This document shows positions 57,152-64,000 of a stretch of 64,000 nucleotides of DNA, piece by piece; within the stretch, counting starts at the first letter, position 1, and each line of letters opens with the position of its first letter. The translations under genes were made by a program, and so were the position numbers. The DNA comes from Thermodesulfobacteriota bacterium (GTDB lineage Bacteria; Desulfobacterota_D; UBA1144; Nemesobacterales; UBA2774), in contig OZ244197.1 of the NCBI GenBank assembly GCA_965216785.1, positions 3,054,198-3,118,197 on the forward strand. The letters run 5' to 3'. The notes below the pieces were generated by a model. The model did not search any database. It was not told where the DNA came from and was given only the letters and a program-made list of their open reading frames with translations.

Positions 57152-59419
57152 CTAATAGTTTTCATCGGCTCCTATATCACATACATCTTCGGTCGAAGCG
57201 TATCTTGGCTCATTATCTATATCTCCGAGTGCACAGTGATTGTTATTCCCACTGTTCTTAGCTTGCGAGTTAGAGGTTATATGATAATCACCCCCACCCA
57301 GGTCAAAAAATCCGGGATTGGTGTTCGTAATACCGTTATCATCCCAGCCGCTTACATTCTGGTAATTCTGAAAATCATTTCTCCAATCACCTGCCCAGAC
57401 CCACCATTGGTATTCCACATTCCAAAGATTGTGATCATAGGTATTTTGCCTAGATTCAGAGTCAAAAACCACTATCCCCATAACGTCGTTTCTTGAGCTC
57501 TGGAATATATTGTTCATGAAGATGTTGTTTACGCTACCGTAAATACCTACAAACGTATGATCGCTAGCGTTTGTAGACGGATAATCTTCAATTACGAAAG
57601 TATTATTAACGATGAGACTGTCTTCGGTATTATAATACAGGGCCATACCCCATGAATTGTTTTCAATTATGTTATTTTCCACAAGGGTGTTCCTTATAAC
57701 ACCGGCTGAGCCGCACTCAGAAGCATTCCACTGTATACCGTTACCACCATGATTACTTATCAAGTTGCCACTCACTGTGTTATTTGTCATTCCGTTACAG
57801 AAGAATTCGCTCAGATATATACCGTGGCAGTTCTTGGAGTTCCTCTGTCCGGTCGATGGATTAATGCAGGAACCCTGCTCAATACCGTTATTCTCTATAG
57901 TGTTCTTAGTAATAAACACATCACTGGTAGATACTACAAGAATACCTCCGTAACTATTATGATGTATCCAATTACCGCGAATAGTGTTGTGTCCTTTGTA
58001 GATTTTGATTCCTTCCCAGCCGTAGCGTATCTCAAATCCCTCAATAATCACCCACTCCGCATTTACTTCAACCCTCTGCGTGCCTCCTGAAGGGCAGCAA
58101 TCGGCAGGATATTCTCCACCACCCGGGTCTATAACCGGACTATGGCCCGGATAATTAATTAAGGCTATCGGCAGATCTCTTGTGCCATTCTTATTTAGAT
58201 TCACACGCTCAACATATATACCGTCCTTTACCTGTATAGTATCCCCAGGACGAGAGTCATCAATCGCATCACTTATGGTTCTATAATCGCCGTCTCCATC
58301 TATTGATACAACTACTACCCTCTTGTTGGCCGGATAAAGCGGAGCGTCCGAAACTCCGGTATCCGGAACTACTTCACCCGGACCAGGCACTGGTTCAGGA
58401 TCAGGTGTTGGTTCAGGGTCCGGCACCGGCTCAGGGCTAGGTACTGGCTCAGGAGTTGGTGGCGGTGGTGCAGTACTTCCCGAAACTCCAATGACCTGGG
58501 CTGTTTTATTCGTGATCTCACACTCATCTGTTTCAACACGCGCTTGAACATGCACTGTCTTCCCTAAAAAACTGTCGTTCAGGTTCACGTTCAGGGTCGC
58601 GGTACCCTCAGAATTCGCTATTGCCCTACCAAACGCCTTTGGCTTATTTAGATCAAGTATTTCACCTGCGCATACCGTGCCCGGAATTTTTTTCGTACCC
58701 TCACTAAACGCATACCTAAATTTCACAATAGCACCCGGAGGCGCTCCTGTTACCTGTAAAGTATTGAGACCCGTTCTTCCCGGATCAAGGTCAGCCAGTA
58801 CAGCTCCTCCACTCGGAGATGGCTCGGGAGCAGGCGAAGGATCAGAAGATGAATTATATGAAACTTTTAAAATAGGTTTATTAGAGTTATTCTCACTGCT
58901 GTTAATCAACAAGTTTCCACTAGAGATTGTTAAATATATACCGTTATTATCTGCAGTACCGTCAACCCAATCTTGAACTAGACCAGTAATATCTAAATCA
59001 TAATAAACTCCGTCATTTCCAACAGATACACTGTCTTCGCTGAGTGATGACATATCAGGTCTATTAGACCAAGTTGTTGATTCGTTCCAATCGTTCAACA
59101 CTTCATATGCAGTTATAATATTATTGAAACTGCGTTTATAAGTAACGAAAACCGATAACTTGGCACTCTGTATATCCGTACCCTGCGGTATCTCATCCAA
59201 ATCAAATTTAATAAGGCCGTATCTTTTATATGTTTGCTCTCTAAGCCTAATATACGAACTTGACCCGTACTTGTTATTTGTTTTTTTACTGTTTATAAAT
59301 GTGTCCTGAGAAGAAGATAACTCAATTACTTCCGAAAAAGCCAATGTAGATGTAAGCATAAAAATACAAAACACGAAGAATCCTAAGATGTGCTTAGCTA
59401 CATGAAAGTTGAATCTCAT
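57152..59419 (-). CDS. Secreted modular protein: DNRLRE/CBM96-like domain, Ig-like domain, Pro-rich linker and right-handed parallel beta-helix domain
   Basis: Signal peptide; DTFI..NKYGS..LIKFDL..WNESTTW..LDITGLVQDW..NNG..SSE..P.L; GDTIQVKDGIY and Asn-rich beta-helix repeats; DIGADE C-terminus. Confidence 0.82.
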   Translation of the reverse strand: MRFNFHVAKHILGFFVFCIFMLTSTLAFSEVIELSSSQDTFINSKKTNNKYGSSSYIRLREQTYKRYGLIKFDLDEIPQGTDIQSAKLSVFVTYKRSFNNIITAYEVLNDWNESTTWSNRPDMSSLSEDSVSVGNDGVYYDLDITGLVQDWVDGTADNNGIYLTISSGNLLINSSENNSNKPILKVSYNSSSDPSPAPEPSPSGGAVLADLDPGRTGLNTLQVTGAPPGAIVKFRYAFSEGTKKIPGTVCAGEILDLNKPKAFGRAIANSEGTATLNVNLNDSFLGKTVHVQARVETDECEITNKTAQVIGVSGSTAPPPPTPEPVPSPEPVPDPEPTPDPEPVPGPGEVVPDTGVSDAPLYPANKRVVVVSIDGDGDYRTISDAIDDSRPGDTIQVKDGIYVERVNLNKNGTRDLPIALINYPGHSPVIDPGGGEYPADCCPSGGTQRVEVNAEWVIIEGFEIRYGWEGIKIYKGHNTIRGNWIHHNSYGGILVVSTSDVFITKNTIENNGIEQGSCINPSTGQRNSKNCHGIYLSEFFCNGMTNNTVSGNLISNHGGNGIQWNASECGSAGVIRNTLVENNIIENNSWGMALYYNTEDSLIVNNTFVIEDYPSTNASDHTFVGIYGSVNNIFMNNIFQSSRNDVMGIVVFDSESRQNTYDHNLWNVEYQWWVWAGDWRNDFQNYQNVSGWDDNGITNTNPGFFDLGGGDYHITSNSQAKNSGNNNHCALGDIDNEPRYASTEDVCDIGADENY
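58378..58470 (-). repeat. Coding Pro-rich tandem linker (PEPVPSPEPVPDPEPTPDPEPVP)
   Basis: Imperfect 18-nt/6-aa periodic repeat inside CDS 57152-59419. Confidence 0.7.
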
Positions 59420-59534
59420 TTTGCGCCTCCTTTAAGTACCTATCCATTCCTGAAAAGGGAGGCTCAAACTAAGACCCGGCGGGGAAATTAATAAGGGGTA
59501 ATCGATAAAGGAAGATAAAACTTTGAATTTATCG

Positions 59535-59635
59535 TCCTAATTTCGGCAACCCGTCCACCATATGCTTTACTTCAAGCACTTAGGTCAAAGGCTTTGCGTC
59601 CCATACTTTCGAATGGTTTGCCTTTTCGATTAGGA
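59535..59635 (-). ncRNA. c-di-GMP-I (GEMM-I) riboswitch
   Basis: Minus strand TCCTAATCG-AAAA-GGCAAACCATTC-GAAA-GTATGGGACGC-AAA-GCCTTTGACCTAAG...TATGG...GGGTTGCCG-AAATTAGGA: GAAA tetraloop, CCUAAG/UAUGG receptor, G20/A47/C92 equivalents and P1 pairing all present. Confidence 0.93.
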
Positions 59636-59682
59636 TTTGGCTTAACTAAACGCCAATCTAACTAATCTGCATACCTTAAGAA

Positions 59683-59698
59683 TGCAATATGCATACCA
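59683..59698 (-). promoter_or_regulatory. sigma54 (-24/-12) promoter
   Basis: TGGTAT-GCATA-TTGCA with exact GG-N10-GC spacing, about 50 nt upstream of the riboswitch. Confidence 0.7.
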
Positions 59699-59795
59699 AC
59701 TTCGAGGTATCATAGAACCTACTTAAGGTTTCCGACGCAAGTCCCTTATTATGATGAATTATTGATCTAGAGAGGAAAAACAAGAAAATGTCAGA

Positions 59796-59815
59796 ATGTG
59801 CAAAATAGTGCACAT
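59796..59815. promoter_or_regulatory. Inverted repeat, candidate enhancer (bEBP upstream activating sequence)
   Basis: ATGTGCA-N6-TGCACAT about 100 bp upstream of the sigma54 site. Confidence 0.45.
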
Positions 59816-59945
59816 GGAGTGCCAAATTACACTATTCCCAGACATTATACGTCAATGACCACTAAAATATGACATTTTTGGGCTTTCTCGCATATACTTT
59901 TAAATGAAGGGGTGAATTATATTAACTAGGGATAATCAAAGCTGC

Positions 59946-60452
59946 TTAGCGGTAGGCACTTTTCTGCTTACTGTACAAATACCAAACAACTATTATCATC
60001 AATGCGGCAAGAGAAATTTGCAGAATTACCAATGAGGCTATCTTAAAGTAAGCAAACTCGGGGCTAACGTAACGTATAAGCCAGCCACCGGCTATATCAC
60101 CAAAGGCTGAAGCAAAAGAGCTGACAATCAGTACCAGCTTCCAAAAACCACTAATAGGCGTAAATAGAATAAGGTGGTTTAGAGTAACCAGAATAATCGC
60201 CATTGAGAACAAGTGAAAATGCGCCTCTTCAAGCATACCGAGATAGCTTCTAGGCTGCCTGAAGCTTTCCTCGGACCCCCTGTAGTACTCTACAACAGAC
60301 TCATAGCTGAAACCGACTTGGAGATAAAGAAGCAAATTGGTAATCCATAGGAATACAAAGAACAGGACGGTAAAAACTATTATGAGCTTTAAAAGACTGT
60401 TTTTTGAGATGTCTGGTGATATGAAGAACCGCAACTTAATTACCCGCTTCAC
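59946..60452 (-). CDS. Four-TM membrane protein with His cluster (HxH-x12-H); true start may be TTG 60434
   Basis: Four hydrophobic segments; EEAHFHLFSMAIILVTLNH; abuts the upstream FMN-binding gene. Confidence 0.7.
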   Translation of the reverse strand: MKRVIKLRFFISPDISKNSLLKLIIVFTVLFFVFLWITNLLLYLQVGFSYESVVEYYRGSEESFRQPRSYLGMLEEAHFHLFSMAIILVTLNHLILFTPISGFWKLVLIVSSFASAFGDIAGGWLIRYVSPEFAYFKIASLVILQISLAALMIIVVWYLYSKQKSAYR

Positions 60453-61005
60453 TAAACAGTAGGCCGTTATCCGTAGCTACATTAAATACAGCAAGCACTC
60501 TCCTTATAGAGCTTGTCAGAGAGTTAGCGGTTATTGTAGCCCCTGTTATGTTAGGAATGTCTTTTCCAAGCTTAAGTGAGTTATTCTCTATCCCCTTATT
60601 ATCAAATAGATCCATCCACTTATCTCCGGCCATATATTCGGGCGGTTCAAAAAACGCTAGAACCTCTGCTTGTCTCAGTGTACCGTCCCGATTGATAACA
60701 AACATCACAGTCTCAGACTTTGTTCTTAAATGATGTGTATCTATTATAGCATAACCAAGGGACTTGCTTCCCTTCTTACCCTCATATATCACATATAGCT
60801 TTGACTCGAGCTTGGCTTTTGATAGAGACTCGATTTCGTCCACCTGCTCCTGGGTCAAAAATATCTTAGTCTTCTCAATACTATCCGCATCTGGGAATGC
60901 TGTTTTTAAAGCCTCGTCCCTTTTCATAAACACCCTAGCTTCTGAATTCGGTGCAAAGCTAACCGGCAGCAGGATCAACGCAAATGTTAACAATATTTTT
61001 ATCAT
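60436..61005 (-). CDS. Periplasmic FMN-binding (flavinylation-motif) protein
   Basis: Signal peptide; FFEPPEY; ITGATIT matches the [S/T]GA[S/T] covalent-FMN motif. Confidence 0.85.
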   Translation of the reverse strand: MIKILLTFALILLPVSFAPNSEARVFMKRDEALKTAFPDADSIEKTKIFLTQEQVDEIESLSKAKLESKLYVIYEGKKGSKSLGYAIIDTHHLRTKSETVMFVINRDGTLRQAEVLAFFEPPEYMAGDKWMDLFDNKGIENNSLKLGKDIPNITGATITANSLTSSIRRVLAVFNVATDNGLLFSEAGN

Positions 61006-61028
61006 ACCGTTTTACCGTAAATATTAAA

Positions 61029-61067
61029 CAGAGGGGGAATAGAACATAGCACTCTAAGCCCCCTCTG
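61029..61067 (-). terminator. Intergenic hairpin after the porin gene (partial terminator or mRNA stabiliser)
   Basis: CAGAGGGGG...CCCCCTCTG followed by TTT on the minus strand. Confidence 0.55.
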
Positions 61068-61088
61068 AGCATGTATATTTAACCAGAT

Positions 61089-62660
61089 TTAAAACACATA
61101 TCCAAGTCCGAAGTTAATTTGGTTTTGTGAGTCATTAGCATCGTTATCAAGCCACTGGTATTCGACCTTAACAACGACGTTTGGAATCGGTTTATAATTA
61201 AGCCCTATAGTAAGGTCACTCCTATCGTTCGCGGGATTGCGCTCAAATCCCGAAGGTACGCTTGATTGAGAATCATACTGCTCCCATCTCACGAACGGTG
61301 CCAAGTACTGCGCGTACTGACTGGTAAAATTGGCAAGCGTTAGGAGGTTGTATCCTCCGACTAGATAATAACCCCACTGGCTCTCACCCACCGATTCATC
61401 CCCGGTAAAATCATTCAGGGCGTTAATCCTATCGACATCATCCAATGAGGTATACACTACAAGCGCCCTACCCTCAAACCCTCTGTACTGAAGCTGCACG
61501 TCTCCCTCATACATTTGGAAGAAGCCTTTGAATTTGTCTCCGTTAAACTCTGACTCCTCATTTTCGATCGTCTGGTCTTGCCCTGTGTTCCCGAGGAAAA
61601 TAGAGCCGCCGATGGCTAAATAAGGTAGAGGCTCGTACTCGACCCTACTTACGAATGCAACATTGTTAAATAAAGCTCTGTTACCTTTTATCCTCAGACT
61701 GCGGTTATTGGATGCCTTAAAGCCCCTCGCGTCAAAGCTATTCATTACATACGCCCTATAGTTAATCGAACCCGCGCTCTGAAGATCTATGTCTCCGAAA
61801 ATACCTATACCGTTCTCTCGCCAGGTCGTAGGTATGATAACCCTTTCAACCGAGGGCCTGAATACTCCGAAAAACGTGGTAGGCTCGTGGACTTCGTTTA
61901 CGATTCCGAATGGTGCGAGCAGCAATCCGCCTCTTAAGTTAATCTCCGGCAACAGCAAGAAATCAAGAAGCGCAAACTCTGCCGATACCGACCCCGACCT
62001 ACCATCCTGATTGGATGAAGTAGTACCGTGCTCGAACTCTATCTCTGAGTTAAAGATAATCCTTTCGGTAAATTTATAGCCGAAGTAAAGGACAACTCTC
62101 TGGGCATCGACTATATTATCCTCTCCTTCCCTTATCTGCCCTACTACTAATTCTCCATAGCCTCCGATAGAAAGCCCTCTGTCTTTTAAATAGACCTTTG
62201 AGGCCGCAGGACCGGCGCCGTATACAGGCTCATAAGTAGGCTCGTCTACGACGGACGCCTGCTTAATGTTATCTATTTCTTCTGCAAGTATGTTTAATTT
62301 TTCTTCTATAGACACCAGCCTGTCATCCGGCGTACCCTCCGCCTTAAGCTCTTTGAGCTCATTCGTTACGCTCTCGAGCTTTTTCTCAAGCTGCTCTATC
62401 CTCTCGTCCTGAGTCTCGGTTTCATCATCGCTCAGCCTCTGAGCCACAACGATACTTTCACTTTTCTTCTGTTCCTGGGCTTCTTTATGTATTTGTCTGG
62501 CTCTGCTACTCTGTATCTGAGCCAAATCGTCCGCAAATACCTTTTGATCCACGCTAAGCTCTTCAGAACTAATACTCATTGTCGGGAGTATCAAAAGTAA
62601 GAGCGTTAATACAACACTGTGAGCAGTCAATAGCCCTTTCGTATCGGTAAATTTCACCAT
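61089..62660 (-). CDS. Outer-membrane beta-barrel porin with N-terminal coiled coil (OprO/P-like)
   Basis: Signal peptide; coiled coil; IGGYGE, LYFGYKF, NSEIEFEH, HEPTTF, IIPTTWRE; C-terminal GLGYVF beta-signal. Confidence 0.8.
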   Translation of the reverse strand: MVKFTDTKGLLTAHSVVLTLLLLILPTMSISSEELSVDQKVFADDLAQIQSSRARQIHKEAQEQKKSESIVVAQRLSDDETETQDERIEQLEKKLESVTNELKELKAEGTPDDRLVSIEEKLNILAEEIDNIKQASVVDEPTYEPVYGAGPAASKVYLKDRGLSIGGYGELVVGQIREGEDNIVDAQRVVLYFGYKFTERIIFNSEIEFEHGTTSSNQDGRSGSVSAEFALLDFLLLPEINLRGGLLLAPFGIVNEVHEPTTFFGVFRPSVERVIIPTTWRENGIGIFGDIDLQSAGSINYRAYVMNSFDARGFKASNNRSLRIKGNRALFNNVAFVSRVEYEPLPYLAIGGSIFLGNTGQDQTIENEESEFNGDKFKGFFQMYEGDVQLQYRGFEGRALVVYTSLDDVDRINALNDFTGDESVGESQWGYYLVGGYNLLTLANFTSQYAQYLAPFVRWEQYDSQSSVPSGFERNPANDRSDLTIGLNYKPIPNVVVKVEYQWLDNDANDSQNQINFGLGYVF

Positions 62661-62685
62661 ATGTTAATCCCCCTTTTTCTATTAT

Positions 62686-62754
62686 GAATTTCGTTATCAT
62701 TATCATCATACCAGAGAGCAAGCCATTGTCAATTAATGATAATCATTCTCATTA
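62686..62754 (-). promoter_or_regulatory. Fur-boxed sigma70 promoter of the porin operon
   Basis: TTGACA (62732-62727)-N16-TATGAT (62710-62705) with TGn extension; Fur-box-like TAATGATAATCATTCTCATTA at 62734-62754; GATAATGATAAC over the -10/+1 region. Confidence 0.8.
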
Positions 62755-62780
62755 TTAGTAGTTTCCTATAAGAAAAGAGT

Positions 62781-62935
62781 AAAAAGAGAGACAGGACATG
62801 GAAGGTCGAATGTCTGAGAGATGAGGAGATCTAAACATGCCCTGCCTCTCTATTTGAATTTCTAGGTATGAAGAAAGGCGGCAAGCTAAGGTAATAGGAC
62901 TGTATGGAAATATTATAAATGCCGCCCTTCCTCAT
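62781..62935 (-). ncRNA. Candidate structured sRNA / 3'-UTR RNA: two 16-bp stems with 36- and 35-nt loops, ending in a U tract
   Basis: Stems 62935-62920/62883-62868 and 62851-62836/62800-62785 are fully paired on the minus strand with two G-U pairs each; TTTT follows. Confidence 0.55.
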
Positions 62936-62970
62936 GATATTATGTGTTCATGTTAATATACTGTAATCAT

Positions 62971-63192
62971 TTAAGAATGCTTATGTATATCATGTCCCCG
63001 TTCTCTAGCTGAATTTACTTCAAGAGCTTCAATGATCATTTGAGTTAATGCGAGCAAATTTCTATGCTCAAGCCTTAATGTTATGGGGCCAAGACTCAGG
63101 TTATATGAGTCACAGCACTCACACTTTGTAATACTCCCTATATTTGAGGAAGAAAGCACCGACGGCCTGTCTATATCGCTTAGTAAACCCAT
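62971..63192 (-). CDS. Small hypothetical protein (73 aa) with CxCC motif and His-rich tail
   Basis: ATG 63192 preceded by GGAGGA; KCECCDSY; C-terminal HDIHKH. Confidence 0.7.
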   Translation of the reverse strand: MGLLSDIDRPSVLSSSNIGSITKCECCDSYNLSLGPITLRLEHRNLLALTQMIIEALEVNSARERGHDIHKHS

Positions 63193-63225
63193 TTTGATCC
63201 TCCGCAAATTTATTTCAACGTAAAA

Positions 63226-63279
63226 CATAATGATAATCAATATCATTATCATTATGCCAGAGAGAATATCTTATGTCAA
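63226..63279 (-). promoter_or_regulatory. Fur-boxed sigma70 promoter
   Basis: TTGACA (63279-63274)-N17-CATAAT (63256-63251) with TGn extension; near-palindromic GATAAT array CATAATGATAATCAATATCATTATCATTATG at 63226-63256. Confidence 0.82.
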
Positions 63280-63346
63280 GGAAAATATTTTGGCTCCCTA
63301 ACATTTAATGCTTTTAACGAACTACAGTGATTTAATAGTGGAAAAT

Positions 63347-64000
63347 TTAATAGAATGCCCTAGTAGCGGACGGCGCTGCGATAATGATTCCTCTAGATCT
63401 ACATTTTGAAGGCGCAGGCTTCCAAAGACCTATCTCGTTTTGTGCTTGCTCTATCTGTTCGGCTGACATCTGAGCGCTGATTCGCTCTATCGATATCTGT
63501 GCGGTCTTTACCTCTCTTGGTGAGCCGGATTTACTCGCGAGTCCATACCACTTGTATCCCTCGATCAGATTCTTTTGGAGACCACATCCCTTCTTGCAGT
63601 TTATAGACGCATAGGGAATTCCCATGTGTGTATAAGCGGCACCCAGAGCGTTCTGCGCCTGGGTCTGGCTCTTCTGCGCCGCATCTGTCCAATACATAAC
63701 CGCCTCATCGTAGTTGCGCCTTACGCCAGCGCCCGAATAATAGAGGAGCCCCATTGCATACTCAGCATCACAGTCCCCCTCTTCCGCTAGCGGCTTCCAG
63801 AACTTTTTTGCTATATCAAAGCTCCCCTGCTGATACCACTTGAGCCCGATCTTGAAGTTATCCTTCTCTGTGAAATCACTTACCGGGTTCGGCAAATCTT
63901 CAGGCACTTGCTCGGGTATCTGCTCTACTTGAGCGCACCCCGAACCAATATATAAAAACAATATAATAGCAATTGTGTTTAGACTGAGGTACTTTAAATA
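63347..64000 (-). CDS. Sel1-like repeat lipoprotein (5' truncated by the window edge)
   Basis: Frame open from 64000; lipobox GSGC; AEEGDCDAEYAMGLLYYSGAGV and AQNALG..Y..GxG..NLIEGYKWY Sel1 repeats. Confidence 0.85.
   Translation of the reverse strand, partial: YLKYLSLNTIAIILFLYIGSGCAQVEQIPEQVPEDLPNPVSDFTEKDNFKIGLKWYQQGSFDIAKKFWKPLAEEGDCDAEYAMGLLYYSGAGVRRNYDEAVMYWTDAAQKSQTQAQNALGAAYTHMGIPYASINCKKGCGLQKNLIEGYKWYGLASKSGSPREVKTAQISIERISAQMSAEQIEQAQNEIGLWKPAPSKCRSRGIIIAAPSATRAFY

Noticed and set aside
59535-59635. Riboswitch as the cGAMP-sensing GEMM-Ib variant
   Set aside because: The position equivalent to Vc2 G20 is G (AAAA-G-GCAAACC), not A
62785-62935. Twin hairpins with 35-36-nt loops as a CRISPR or other guide array
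   Set aside because: Only two units, arms are not identical direct repeats, and no cas or other effector gene is nearby
63193-63252. N-terminal extension (MIMILIIIM...) of ORF 62971-63252 in the track
   Set aside because: It is simply the translation of the Fur-box GATAAT array; the SD (GGAGGA) supports ATG 63192
1-64000. tRNA, rRNA, IS/integrase or prophage genes
   Set aside because: No recognisable signatures found by eye; a tRNAscan-SE/ISEScan run would be needed to exclude them formally

Overview
A 64-kb window from a diderm bacterium of moderate GC. The gene mix is compatible with Candidatus Dadabacteria or a Desulfobacterota-like lineage, but this is an unverified impression. 1-25 kb holds housekeeping and accessory genes: an OprB-type porin, carboxylesterase, flavodoxin-like protein, SDR, a Cys-rich GH17-like lipoprotein, a stand-alone dihydrolipoyl dehydrogenase-like enzyme, two GSTs (one with a TetR and visible operators), bioB, thpR, an orphan tolB, an HNH nuclease, lgt-lnt and hisD-hisC. 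25.3-57 kb is a large surface-polysaccharide locus: Wza/Wzc, a TPR-CBM protein, two Wzy/WaaL-like proteins, a PglF/PglC/DegT-type initiation set, Wzm/Wzt, methyltransferase, kinase, two deacetylases, nine glycosyltransferases and AsnB. Convergent with it is a secreted DNRLRE/beta-helix protein whose leader has a sigma54 promoter, a candidate enhancer and a canonical c-di-GMP-I riboswitch with an anti-SD hairpin. The last 4 kb contain the best candidate for an undescribed system, an apparently Fur-repressed module. One Fur-boxed promoter drives a small Cys-motif protein followed by a twin-hairpin RNA (two 16-bp stems, fully paired only on the minus strand, with 35-36-nt anti-SD/anti-AUG loops; candidate iron-sparing sRNA). 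A second, similar Fur-boxed promoter drives a porin, a flavinylation-motif protein and a His-bearing membrane protein. No rRNA, tRNA, CRISPR array or transposase was seen. All assignments come from reading motifs by eye; no database searches were run.
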